This document shows positions 26,640 to 39,520 of a stretch of DNA of 64,000 nt, in pieces; position 1 is the first letter of the stretch; the number at the start of each line of letters is the position of its first letter. Below the pieces are notes generated by a model. That model saw only the letters and a list, made by a program, of their open reading frames with translations. It was not told the DNA's origin and made no database searches. Location of the stretch: NCBI GenBank assembly GCA_951406725.2, contig OX597814.1:117056001-117120000 (forward strand), in the 5' to 3' direction. The DNA is from Octopus vulgaris. Lineage: Eukaryota. The translations under genes were made by a program, and so were the position numbers.

Positions 26640-27080
26640 GAGGTGTCGGGGGAGTTTGTGGTGAAAGTTGGCGTGCATCAGGGATCTGTGTTGTCACCGT
26701 CTTTTTTTTACAATAGTCGTGGATGTCGTGATGGAGAGTGTAAAAAGGGATTCATAATGGAGATACTATATGCGGATGACCTTGCTCTGATGAGTGCGAC
26801 ATTGGACGAATTGAGGGATAGGTTTCTGAAACGGAAGGAGGCTTTTGAAAGCAAAGGCTTTAAGGTAAACCTCGGGAAAACAATGATGACAGTGAGCGGG
26901 ATGGAAGGAGAATTGTTTGCGAGTAAGGTAGAGCCATGTGGCGTGTGTGGCAGAAGGCTAATGGCAAATGCAGTGTTCTGTACGAAATGTACGAAAGGGA
27001 TTCATGGTAGAAGTAGGAAAATGAAGAATGTGACACCAAGCAAGACTGGCAAGAGATTTTATTTGTGGAAGATGGATATC
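26640..27080 (+). mobile_element. RTE-clade LINE RT fragment with a PHD-like zinc finger
   Basis: VGVHQGSVLSP, LYADDLAL, KGFKVNLGKT, then CGVC...CTKC...H. Confidence 0.85.
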
Positions 27081-27100
27081 ATACAGAAATGCATGATATG

Positions 27101-27149
<49 letters not shown>

Positions 27150-27152
<3 letters not shown>

Positions 27153-27845
27153 CCAAAAATGAAGAAACACCTAAAAAACAACGCGATGAAGTGGTACATG
27201 TACTGTATTAGCAGATGCTCAGGAAAAGAAAGAAAGATGGTTTGACGTTTTGGGCAAAGATCTACAGAAACAGAGGTAAGTCCAATAGAAAGGGAGACGG
27301 AGGAAGAAAATCGTCAATGATTCACATATGAAGAACAATTTCATTCTATGACAGGAGAGTGTAAGAGAAGGAGGTATGTGTGCTTATTTGTTGTGTAAGT
27401 ACGTGCGTACCCATTCTCGTTCCCATAGCGACGATGGACACATGTTGGTATGTCTCCCCGGGAACGTAAAGCAGTTGAGTGTTAAGAAGAGCACTGCCAG
27501 ACGGAGAAGGGCGGAGTTGCTGGGTGTGGGGACAGAGCGACGATCGAGGTAGTATTGGAGGCCAAGAGACCGTCGTTGTGGGGAATCACCGTGTATAGTG
27601 ATTTGATGACCAAATTGAAGAGGTGTGAGGGACCGGGAGGGAAGGAGAAGGTATTAAGAAGGCGAAGGGCATAATTAGTGTCATATGGTTGGGATGGAAG
27701 GACAACAACTAAAGGGGACAGGATGCGGTCGGAGTATTTTGAAATGAGTTCTGTGGGACAATTGCAGGCGGAAACAATGGGGCGGCCAGGTCTGTCGGGT
27801 TTATGTATTTTGGGAAGGAAATAGTTAGTGAAGGTATGCGGTGTT
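27150..27845 (-). mobile_element. Internally deleted Penelope-like element: RT fingers/palm fused to a pLTR, between (TA)n tracts
   Basis: Minus translation YFLPKIHKPDRPGRPIVSACNCPTELIS...KSLYTVIPHNDGL...LTLNCFTF...VAMGTRMG; pLTR related to 36.7 and 61.75 kb. Confidence 0.8.
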
Positions 27846-27876
27846 CATATATATATATATATATATATATATTTAT

Positions 27877-27914
<38 letters not shown>

Positions 27915-29438
27915 GTGTGTGCGTGTGTGTGTGTGTGCAACGGTGTTCTTCATACATGTGTTGGTTGTTTACGGTCTTTGTATATGAATGCGTGCCGATG
28001 AATTTTTCGCAATGCATGCTTATTCCTATTTAAATACACTGAGAGACCGTGTTACCGATATGCTTGTTAGTGTATCAAATTATTCGATATTCGCAGCACC
28101 ATTACTAACAGGAAATTGCCTTGTGATAAAATCCTCGTCCGCCTCGAGATCAAAGAGCAAGCGATGTGTAAAACAGCGGAAGGCATATTCATAAATTTTT
28201 CTCCCCTAACGCTACCCTCAGGAAAAAATCTGTCGGAACTAATCATCGCCTCCATCTTCTAACTCATGAATGGAATCTCAAAATATATACTATATTAACG
28301 TCGTTGTGCTGAATACATTGCGAAGGTAAACACTATAATTTGTGGCATTCATACTTGTTTGTACATTGTACATTTATATTAAATTGTTAAGGACAAACAT
28401 TGAACAATATCAGAAACAGAAGATGAAATTCTGACCAGGTTATTTTCTGAATATATATTTTTGTACATTGAATGTATTTTCAATAATTTTGGTCATTGTT
28501 CATTGGAGGGGAGACACTCGTTTTAACGCTGATATATGGGTGATATTGACCCATTAATTATTCCAGTCTGGTAATTACTATATCGATCTATATTTATCGC
28601 ATGGACACAGAGACGGTTTACATCACTGAACATAACCGCGTGTGCACACTTCAAATATATATATGTATGTATGTGTATGTATGCGTGTGTATATATACAT
28701 ACATATGTGTATATATATATATTACACACACTCACAATCTCAGACGTTATCCGTGTTTTTAACCGCAGACACATATTCACTGCACAGTCTCATATTTTCT
28801 GATATAAACAGATGTTACAGAGTGACGACTTAAATTTTTAGGGGTTGGGGTGGAGAATTAAAGATAATTTCTAGAAGCCTAACTCCTCATAAATTATCGA
28901 CCTATATCGTAATAATTTCGATACAATACCGTAACGTTTGGCTGTAATGTCATTTGTCGGAGTATAAAAGGGCAGAAAAGAGAGAAAAAAACGCAGAAAA
29001 ATGCTGATAGAAGGAACGTGAAAGAAAATTAATAGCATGGTTGTGTGGTATTACTGACAGAAGAGTGACTTTGCTTACCGTACTACGGTTTGGACGCGTT
29101 TTCTTCCCGGTAAGAGTTTTGCTGTGTTGTTAATTGTTGAATTCCTACTACTGAAAATTTGTCTTTAAACGTTGCTGAACTGTCTTGTTCTCCGGTTTTA
29201 CCGGGAAATAATTGAATAATTTCTTACCGTTGAACTGTTAGCCACTGTGGCTTTTTATTTACGTGACTATATATAGTCCTGCCAGACTATTTTCGTGCCC
29301 CTCCCCGAATGGGGGTGGGAATTGGAATTTTTGAACTGCTTTTTTGAACTACTTTGGAAGAAAAACTTTCTATAGGTTTCCCAGTTTTGTGGGAAACCAA
29401 TACTCGTAATTTTTGTGTTGTCTAATTTCAACAGAATA

Positions 29439-30735
29439 ATGTCTGTTGAAATTATTCACGAAAGTAGTGCTATTGAGGAGAGCAATGTTAAAAAATTTTC
29501 TGCGGTAGCCGCAGTGGCTACCGAGAACATTGACATCGATGTCAACCAGCTCGTCGAGCTATTTAAAAGAATGCAAGAGGAGGGTGGTGATGTTAAAATA
29601 TCACCCTCCGCCAGTATCGTGGAGACCGAGAAGCGGACCGTAGTGTTTAAAACTTTCTGTCCACAAAGCAGAAGGTTCAAACACTTTGAAAAAAGCACCA
29701 TCGAGAAATGCCTGTCCCCGATTTGGAAGGACATCGTGTACGTCGCCAGGGGACGGGCATATGGCACTGTGGATGTCCGCTTCTCGGGGAAGAAATGGCC
29801 CGCGGGCATTCTGTGAACCCCCTAAAAACCAAGGAGGTGGTACTTTTCCCAAGCTATAGGGGACGCAGGACGTCCCGGGTCAGGATTGTAGAAGCCCCGC
29901 CGGAAGTAGATCCGGTAGAGGTAGTGGCCGCCCTGTTATACAAAAGGGCAGACAAAATAAAAATACTACAAGTAACATGCTCTACCCCTCTATTTTGGCT
30001 CGGGCGTAACATTAATATATTAATTCAAGGAACAGCGGAGGACCTGCAGCTCCTTCCTGAGAGGGTGCTCGTGGGCGAGAACGTAGCCCTCAGGGTACAG
30101 GTCGAAGGCCGAAAACCCACCTGTTACGCCTGCGGCAAAAAGGGCCACATTCGTGTAGACTGTCCAGACAAGCAAAACAGTCCAACCCCAAAACAGACTG
30201 AAGAAAAACCCAGCCCTCGCACTCAGAAACCCCTACACTATTAAAACCTCCCACCCCCTAAAAACTGCGGCGCCTACCGAACAAACCATTGCCACCCCAG
30301 ACGATACCATGGAGGTATCAGTGGGGGGATTTACACCAGTTCGTAAAAGAATTCGTGCAGCATCCCCGCCCACATCCCCTACAAAAAATAATAAAAACAA
30401 AGACACACCACAGACACGGAAAAAAAATCCCGCTCAACTGGCCCAGAAAAAGAAGACAAAAAAGAAAATGAACTCATATTAATTGAATTCGACACACAAG
30501 ACAAATACATAAACGATATTGTGGTTCAGCATCAGTCAGCAAGACTGTACAACAAATACAAAGATCGAAATAGACACGCGTGAATTGCGGAAACAACGTT
30601 CAAACAATTAAAAAACAGACACCCAAACGCCATCCGGCATATCGTGCGAACTTGCCGGACTATCTGAAGAAAGAGGAGAAAGAAGGGGCCCACAAACGTG
30701 TGGTGAGGTCGGCCCCCACCTCTCCAACGAAATGT
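29439..30735 (+). pseudogene. Tx1 ORF1 (gag-like, CX2CX4HX4C zinc knuckle), frameshifted
   Basis: ORFs 29415-29816 and 29708-30244; CYACGKKGHIRVDC; end coordinate approximate. Confidence 0.75.
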
Positions 30736-30758
30736 AAGTAGAACTTTTACTTTTTGTA

Positions 30759-33700
30759 ATGGCTTCGCTTAACCTTGGTTGTTTAAATGTGCGTGGTCTG
30801 AGTTCGAAGTGGAAGCAGGCTTGTTTCCTCGACGACCTCAGATCACATGATATACATGTGATGGTTGCTACAGAGACCAAGCTGGACAGCCTACAAACCT
30901 TCTCGCCTCTCCTGAATGGCTACGAGAAAATCATGTCTCCTGGCCAGACCGGAGGGCGAGGGGGCGTAGTGGTACTGATCCGTAAAGACTTGGCTCTACA
31001 GACAAGTACAGTCTATGTAGACCGAGAAGGTGGGCTGGTCGTCCTTGATATGACATACAGCAGTAAGGCCTTCAGGTTGATCGGACTCTATGCACCTTGT
31101 GCTAGAGGTTTCCAAACTGATTTTTATCGGCGCCTAGAGGGCTTTCTCGTGACGTCGAAGACTTTAGTGATATTAGGGGACTTTAATGCTATCGTTGACG
31201 TACACATCGATAGCGTTGGCTCGATCTATAGGAAAGTGAACTCACGTCTCGTGGATCTGCTTAAGCGGTTTCAGCTGGCAGATCGTTACAGACTTGACCA
31301 TCCGAACGTCTCAGAGTGGACCTGGATGAGTGGCGACGGAAGGTTCAAGTCTTATCTAGACAGGATAGTGATAAGAACTAGAGATAAATCTAGTTTTAGT
31401 TGTCCACAGCTCGTCCAGGTGCCCTATACTGACCATAGAATGGCCACGTGTAGACTGGACATAGATAGCACACTTAAGATAGAAACCGGCTACTGGAAGC
31501 TGAACAAGTCTATTTTGACACGCGAGGCATACCGTAGCCGGATTAAGGTGTTAGTGCAGAGGGCGTTAACCGGAGCCGTGGTTAATAACCGGTGGTGGTT
31601 CACCCTCAAAAGAGCCATTCGATTCGAGTCCATTAGATTTAGTAAACAACTAAGACTAGATAGGGCTAGAATAGAAGGGCAACTAGTTAAGAACTTAGAG
31701 GAGGCGTTGAGGTTGGGCTCTGCATCTCACATTTTAGCAGCGAGAACGGCATTAGACCGTCACCTCAAAACCAAACATGAGGGATGTAGAGTCCGGGCTA
31801 AAGTACGAGCATTGGGTCGTGAGGGAATTAATGTTGCCGGATGGGCCCGTACGATAGAAACACAGCGTGGAAACGATGCCACAATTGGGTCTCTTGTTGA
31901 TGAAAACGGATGCACGATCAAGAAGCGGGACGAGATGTGTGAGGCACTTCACAAGCACTTCGCCGAGTTGTTCGGGAGGTGCGGGACGCTGGATCATGGT
32001 GAGGCCCTTAGGGACTTCCTGTCTGGTGGCCCGCGCCTCTCGACACGAGAGGCTGAGTGCTGTGAAGGGCCAATCACAGCCGAGGAAGTAATCGAGGTGT
32101 TGGGCAAGTGCCCCGGGGAGAAGTCACCGGGTCTCGATGGTCTGCCCTATGAATTTTATAGAAGTATGCCAGACTTGTTCGGGCACCTGCTGGCTAGCGT
32201 CTACGCCAACTGGCAGCAGAATGGGAGAATTCCCAAGTCTGCGAGCCGGGGGCGGTGACGTTGATCAGGAAGGACCCGAACAAGGGGGACGAGATAGGGA
32301 ACTTCAGGCCCATAACTCTGTTAAACACAGAGTTAAAGATTCTGGCCAAGGTGCTAGCAAAAAGGTTGGCGCGGGTCGTGGACAAACTTGTCGGGGAAGC
32401 GCAAACCTGCGCTATCCCCGGCAGAACGATCCACGACAATCTCCACCTTATACGCTACTCCTTAGAGAGGGTGGGGAAGCTTTCTGGCGCAGGGGGAGCA
32501 CTGGTACATTTAGACCAGTCCAAAGCATTTGATAGGGTCGACCATCGGTACCTGGCGGCGGTCCTCGGAGAGGCTGGCCTAGGCCCGACCTTTCGAGGTT
32601 GGATCGCTGGTTTGTATAGCGACATCGAGTCTGTAGTCAAGGTGAACGGTTCCTTTTCGAAGCCGTTCAGGAACGAGCGTTCAGTTCGTCAAGGGTGTCC
32701 CCTGTCCTCGCTCCTATACGTATTGGCTCTTGAGCCTTTGCTGCGGAAGTTGGAGGCACTAGGGGGCGCGCCGCATGATCTATGGTGTGGAAGAGGAGCT
32801 ACGGCGTATGCGGATGACACCTCCATCATCGTGGCAGACGAAGGCCAGCTTCCAGTGATGGAAGAGGCCATCAAAAGCTACGAGGCGGTGGCAGGAGCAA
32901 AGGTTAACAAGGACAAGTCGGTCGGTTTGCAACTCGGCACCTGGAGGGGCAAGCCGATGCCGTCCAATAACGTCGTAGGGCGTTGGACGGAAGGTCCTGT
33001 TAAGCTGCTCGGAGTCTGGTTCGGGCCAGACCTCCAGATTGAGAAAAATTGGAGTGAGGTGGCCAACAAGGTGACCGCTCTAACCCAGACCTGGTCTGGG
33101 CGGGCGTTATCCCTGCTAGGGAAGGCGGAGGTGGTGCAGATGTTTATAGCATCAGTAATCACCTACCGTCTGACCGTGGTGCCTTGCCCCGATTTGTGGC
33201 TGAACAAGTTGGAGAGAATCCTTTTCCGATTTTTGTGGAAAGGAGGAAAGCCACTTGTAAAGCGCTCTGTCTGCTGCCAGAAACCGCTCAAGGGTGGGCT
33301 AGGGATGACTTGGCTGAGGATGCGAAAACTCGCGTTAAGGTTGAGGCACCTCTGGCTTTACCTGGATGGAGAGCAGGTGTGGTCACCGCACGTCCGGTTC
33401 TACCTTCCCCAGTTAACATCCCTAACGGACATCGGTGCATGGATCAAGCGGAGACCTAAACTGAGTGAATGGCATTTGGAGTGCCGTCAGGCGCTCCAGC
33501 TACTATCTCGGGTGGGCAACGCCGGCAACAGGAGTTCCACCACGGATTTCTATAGCGGGTTAGTGGAGATTAAGTCCGAAGACGCCTTGGGGGAGACCCT
33601 GGGCTACGATGAAAATCAGTTGGTCAACCTGTTCCGGAGGACGTTCGGGCCGGGGTATCTGGATAATTACCAGAAATCCCTGGCCTGGCAGTGTTTCCGT

Positions 33701-34159
33701 GCGGCTTTACCTGTTCGCGACAAGCTGTCAAGGCACGGTAGTGCCGTCTCGCCGACATGCCCGCGATGTGAGCAGGATAGGGAGACCGTCTTGCACGCAT
33801 TCGTGGAGTGTCCGGAGTTATCGGGACTGATAGCTTTTGTTGAACAACTGTTGTCAGTGATGGGAAGAGTACAGCTATCAGCTGAGTCTATCATCGAGAT
33901 TGTGCCGCTACCTTTCCTTAACAGGGAAAGAAAGGCTTGTTTTTTCTGTGTAGTAGCCATACTGAAAGAAACAGTATGGAAGACGCGTACGAAAGGTATA
34001 GTGACAGGCACCTTTGTCTCCGGCCAGGGGTTGATAAACTTTTTTAGTTACCACCTCAGTAGCAAAATCAGGCTGGAGAAGAGGTGTCTGTCACGAGATA
34101 TGTTTGTGAAAAGATGGAAGCCTGTGGCATACAAGATGGGTATGTTTGGCACCAGGTAA
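30759..34159 (+). CDS. Tx1 ORF2: APE endonuclease + reverse transcriptase + C-terminal zinc finger, with one frameshift at ~32250
   Basis: LNVRGL, ETK, YAP, GDFNA, LDR, TDH, GYWKLN; KSPGLDGLPYEFY; NFRPITLLN, LDQSKAFDRV, VRQGCPLS, AYADD; CPRC..ETVLHAFVEC. Confidence 0.92.
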
Positions 34160-34388
34160 GTGTGACCGGATCAGAAAGTAAAAGTTCTACCCGGATGGCT
34201 GGGTGTCCGTCCTTCGACATGATCATTAATATTTTTAAACATTGCCTTCGTAAAATTCATTGTTTATAATCTTATCCGTAATTTCATTCGAAAATTGTAA
34301 CTGTGTTAAGCTACTTCACCCTTTATATTTGTCTGTCCTTGTTTGTCCCCTCTTTGTAAATGCCTAAATGGCAAATTATATGAAATAA

Positions 34389-34528
34389 AGTAGATTGCTT
34401 ACCAACCATATGGTTCCGGGTTCAGTACCACTGCTTGGCACCTTGGGCAAGTGTCTTCTACTATAGCCTCGGGCCGACCAAAGCCTTGTGAGTGGATTTG
34501 GTAGACGGAAACTGAAAGAAGCCCGTCG

Positions 34529-34580
<52 letters not shown>

Positions 34581-34815
34581 TGTATGTGTGTGTGTGTGTA
34601 TGTTTGTATGTCTGTTTTCGCCCCTCCCCGACATCGCTTGACAACCGATGCTAGTGTGTTTACGTCCCGGTAACTTAGCTTTTGCGCAAAAGAGACCGAT
34701 ATAATAAGTACTAGGCTTACAAAGAATAAGTCCTGGAGTGGATTTGCTCGACTAAAGGCGGTGTTCCAGTATGGCCACAGTCAAATGACTGAAACAAGTA
34801 AAAGAGTAAAAGACT
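34389..34815 (+). mobile_element. SINE family B (its 5' 17 nt are displaced to 29034-29050 by the Tx1 insertion)
   Basis: Matches the other SINE-B copies, including the internal microsatellite and CR1-like tail. Confidence 0.9.
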
Positions 34816-35071
34816 AAAAGAGGAAGGCGTATTCAACAAAAGTCAAAGGGTGAGGACAGAAGGAGAGGGAGAAAGAGAGAAGAATGGGCGGGCGGTAGAG
34901 ATGGAAAAGTTACAACGCAGATATAATCTAGACATAGGAATGTGTTAGAAGTTACTGAACAATAGAAAGACGGAAAAATGTAAGGCTGAGTAAAAATGAC
35001 ACAACGACAGGTAGATAAGATAGACGCATAGTATAAAAATAAATATATACGCGTATGGGTACCGATATCTA

Positions 35072-36623
35072 CAGTTGCGGCCAACATGTTCAGAACGGCA
35101 TTGTTTTCGTCTGAAAAGTAGGTATAAGTTTCTTATCAAAGTTGTTTTATATTCTATAATTTTCACAGACAATAAATACGATATTATTCATTATAGTCTG
35201 AGATTTTGGTGTAATTTGAGAGGATAATACAAACGTTATGGATGATTTAGTGATTTACTGCAAAACCCATGGCAGCCAAAATCATCAGAACGGTTGCTTA
35301 GTAAGAATATCTGCAGTGTACTTTGTTAATATAATGCCACTTACCCCGTTACCAATTCGTCAGCAGATTATTAAGCTTCGAAAGAAGGATAATTTAAGTA
35401 TTGGGTCTATTGCAAAGATTGTTAACAAGTCAAAAAGTGTTGTTCATGGTATTCTTAAGGTCTACGATGATTGTGGTTCGTGTGAAGCAATAAAGTCTAC
35501 AGGTAGGCCAAGAAAAACGATCAAGAGAGAAGATCGTGCTATGGTAAAGTTGGTTAAAAAGGACGAAGTTAAAACTGCTGCTGCTGTTTTTCGGAAAATG
35601 AGCATTGTACTGAAGAAAACTTTATCTCGAAAAACACTGTGTCTCGTCGTTTAGTTGAACATGACCTACAAGCAAGAGCACCTGCAGTGAAGCCACTGAT
35701 CAGCTCCAAGAATTAAAAGTGTCGTCTTACCTTTGCAACCGAACATGTATTGTGGTCTCAAGAAAAATGGCAAACGGTGCTTTTCAGTGATGAATCTAAG
35801 TCTATGTTATTTGGCTCAGATGGGAAAAGGTATGTTCGTTGAAAAGTAGGTGAAAAATTGTCACCTAAATGCCTTAAGACTAGTGTTAAATTCGGTAGAG
35901 AAAGTGTCATGGTTTGGGGGATGATATCTGGAGATGTTGTGGGCCCTTTGCTGCGATTACAAGGAAAGGTAAATGCAGGAGTTTATAAACAACTTGTAAA
36001 AGATCATGTCTTGCCTGTGCTGAGAAATTCAACTAAGCGACCACCCATATTCATGCAGGACAATGCCCCATGTCACAAGGCTAAGGTGGTCATGAACTTC
36101 CTCAAGGCAGAAAAGGTTATTGTTATGGATTGGCCTGCTCAAAGCCCAGATTTCAATCCTATTGAAAATGTGTGGAATATTCTAGGAGAACGTTTGAAAG
36201 CCAGAAATCCTAAAACAACCGAGCAATTATGGAATGCCCTTCAGGAAGAATGGAATAAGATCATCCAGCAAGAAATTGAAAATTTAATTTCCCCGCGCAG
36301 TCGAAAATGTCAAACTTTGATTGAAGCTAAAGGGCTTCACACTAAATATGAAATAATTCCAGCATTCTCTGTCACTTTTTGATTATTTTGTTATTTTTTC
36401 AACCGTTCTGATCATTTTGGACACCATGGGTTTTGCAGTAAATCACTAAATCATCCATAATTTTTGTATTATCCACTCAAATTACACCGAAATCTCACCC
36501 AATACCAATTCATATCGTATTTATTGTCTGTGAAAATTATAGAATATAAAACAACTTTGATAAAAACTTATATCTACTTTTCTGACAAAAACAATGACGT
36601 TCTTAACATTTTGGCCGCAACTG
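35072..36623 (+). mobile_element. Tc1-family DNA transposon (IR/DR type), defective copy 2, with TA target duplication
   Basis: TA-CAGTTGCGGCC...GGCCGCAACTG-TA; ~225-bp TIRs; transposase from ATG at ~35334 with a frameshift and stops; high identity to 2264-3788. Confidence 0.95.
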
Positions 36624-36727
36624 TAGAAAGGCATTGGAGATGAAACAAACAAACTAACCCTCAGAACGTTATAATGTGGTTGAAAAAATATATGTATATA
36701 GTGAATCAAAACCACTATATATATATA

Positions 36728-36985
36728 GTGAATCGAAACCTGAACAAGCAAGAAAAAACAACAATGCAAGGTCGTGCAATAAGTACAGTGTTATTGGACG
36801 CTCAGGAAAGGAAAAGAAAGAAAGAGGATCTCACGTCTCGAGCGGTGCTCTTCGTCAAAATTATAGAAAAAGTCCAAAGAATGGAAGACGGAGAAAGAAA
36901 ATCACCAACGATACACACGCGGTCACATATTGAAATGACCGGAAGGCAATTGATGGAGCAAAAGTTCTTTCAAAGACAGGAGAGT
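36728..36985 (-). mobile_element. PLE pLTR fragment with a degenerate extra-A hammerhead (~36828-36862)
   Basis: Minus: UUGACGA-A-GAGC-ACC-GCUC-GAGACGUG; same family as 27150 and 61750. Confidence 0.55.
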
Positions 36986-37559
36986 GCATGTATATGTATA
37001 TATATATATATATATATATAAATATATACATATATACACGCATACAAATAGACTATAGATGTACGCAGAATGTTACAATTTTTGATTTACCTTTAGGGAG
37101 AAATAGAAATGGTCACAGAACAATTCAAATACGAATGGAAGAATCAGTATACAAAAACATTAGAATAGATAAAAATCGAAACACACACAGACACACACAC
37201 AACATAATCCCAAATCATCAGAATGTTAGAATAAGTTTCTGAGAGGAACTAGCGTCAAAGGAAGATATGTATACGAAGATACAGGTATGTATAGGTAGGT
37301 ATATGCATGCATGTATGTATTTAGTTTGTGTGGGTTTGTGCATATGTGATGTGTGTTTGTGTGTATGTGTGTGTGTTTTATGTTTATTTTTATGCGAAAA
37401 CTTATAAATACTATAATTTTACCTAGTGACCTTATATGTTAAATTTTACAAAACTAAGTTTGAGAGCGACTTTGAAGTTCCGGATTGTTTACGACGACAT
37501 GCAAATCGAAATATCGGAGTGCCTGTGAGTGATGTATTCAAAAGATATACAGACATGCT

Positions 37560-37599
<40 letters not shown>

Positions 37600-37626
37600 C
37601 ACGCACACACACACACACACACACAT

Positions 37627-37664
<38 letters not shown>

Positions 37665-38538
37665 GCACACACTCACACACACATATGCACGCGCACACAC
37701 TTTGCACACATGCACACAGACATATACGACTGTTGGATGTATAAATGATTAGGTATACATGTACGCATGCATGGTTGTGTGTATGCATATATATATATAT
37801 ACTATCTCAGTCGCTGCGTATATATACAACCATATATATATATAGTTATACACATATATAAATATATGCATGCATGCATGTATGTGTGCTCGTATGTGTG
37901 TGGGCGTATGAAATTGTACATGTGTGTATGCACATAAATACATACATACATACATACATACATACATACATACATACATACATGCATACACAAATGCATA
38001 TTTCAAGTGTTGGTTTTCTAAATCTCCGATATTGAAGGCGTCGAAATGAATATGTTTAGAGACAAGAAACTGACATATGTGTGAACTGTTCGGAAAAAAG
38101 ATTTTGTGATTTTTGAATAATAATAGCTGAAATTATTGGTAAAAAGATAAAAAAAAAATCTATCATTTGATCGAAAGGCTAGGTGTGTAACGTTTTCACT
38201 TCTGTACATCTGTGTACGCATGAAGAGCATGTCTAAAAAACATATTTGGTATGTACTTGTTTACACTAGGATTATATATATACCCCTGTCTTAGAAATCT
38301 TACGACTTTCTAATCACGTATTATAGCGCATATTCCAATGTTATATTTCGTTGGAAGTGAATATATCAGTAATAGAAAGCGAAAATAAACGTTTTGCATG
38401 CGTAACATTTTTGCATTGTATCATTAGCGTTAGTATTGCGACAGGGTGACAGAATTGTTGGAGTTCGTGGAAATAATATGTTGATGTGTTTCTTCTCATA
38501 AAGTTCTCAGGTCAAATTTCACTGTTGGAGAATTTACC

Positions 38539-38769
38539 TATTTCTTTACTACCCACAAGGGGTTAAACACAGAAAGGACAAACAAGGACAGTCAAACGGA
38601 TTAAGTCGATCATATCGACCCCAGTGCGTAACTGGTACTTATTTAATCGACCCCGAAAGGATGAAAGGCAAAATCAACCTCGGCGGAATTTGAACTCAGA
38701 ACGTAGCGACAGACGAAATACTGCTGAGCATTTCGCCCGGCATGTTAACGAATCTGCCAGCTCGTCGCC
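38539..38769 (-). mobile_element. SINE family A with 16-bp TSD, nested in an older SINE
   Basis: TGTTGGAGAATTTACC at 38523-38538 and 38770-38785. Confidence 0.92.
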
Positions 38770-39134
38770 TGTTGGAGAATTTACCATTGCAAAGTCAATA
38801 AAATAAATACCATACGCTGTAATCTGCTTACTTATTACCCCAAACGTCTTGGTGTCAATATGGCACGCAGTATTGTTACAGTGTCGGAAAACTGCTTTGT
38901 GGTATTTCTTCGGGCTTATTACGTTCTGAGTTTAAATTCCACCGAAGTCGGTTTTGCATTACATCCTCTCACGTTCAGTAAAATAAATACCAGGAGAGCA
39001 CTAGATTCAACGTAAGCGATTAGTATCTTGCTTCAAAATTTGAGACCGTGTGCATTTAGCAGAGTATTGTGTCATATTTCTTTCAAATTTTGTCTCTCGG
39101 CCAGTAAGTTTGAGGGAAGAGCTATGTCGATTAC

Positions 39135-39520
39135 GGTGAGCTGGCAGAAACGTTAGCACGCCGGGCGAAATGATAGCGGTACTTCGTCTACCGTTTCGTT
39201 CTGAGTTCAAATTCCGCCGAGGTCGACTTTGCATTTCATTCATTCGGGGTTGATTAAATAAGTACCAGTTACGCACTGAAGTCGATATAATCGGCTTAAT
39301 CCGTTTGTTTGTCCTTGTTTGTCCTCTCTGTGTTTAGGCCCTTGTGGGTAGTAAAGAAATAGGTATTTCGTCTATCTTTATATTCAAATTCCGCCGAGGT
39401 CGACTTTGCATTTCATCGTTTTGGGGTCAATAAATTAAGCACCAGTTGTGTACTGGGGTCGACCTAATTGACTGGCTTCCTCCCACCAAAACTTTGGGCC
39501 TTGTGCCTAGAGGAAAAGAT
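39135..39520 (+). mobile_element. SINE family A followed directly by a partial related SINE
   Basis: Full A copy to ~39361, then GGTATTTCGTCT...TTCAAATTCCGCCGAGGTCGACTTTGC. Confidence 0.85.

Larger units (their letters stand above)
29051..34388 (+). mobile_element. Near full-length Tx1-clade (L1 group) non-LTR retrotransposon inserted in a SINE-B head
   Basis: 5'UTR, ORF1 with CCHC knuckle, ORF2 APE-RT-zinc finger, 3'UTR; flanks AGCATGGTTGTGTGGTA | AGTAGATTGCTTACCAACC rejoin into a SINE-B head. Confidence 0.92.
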
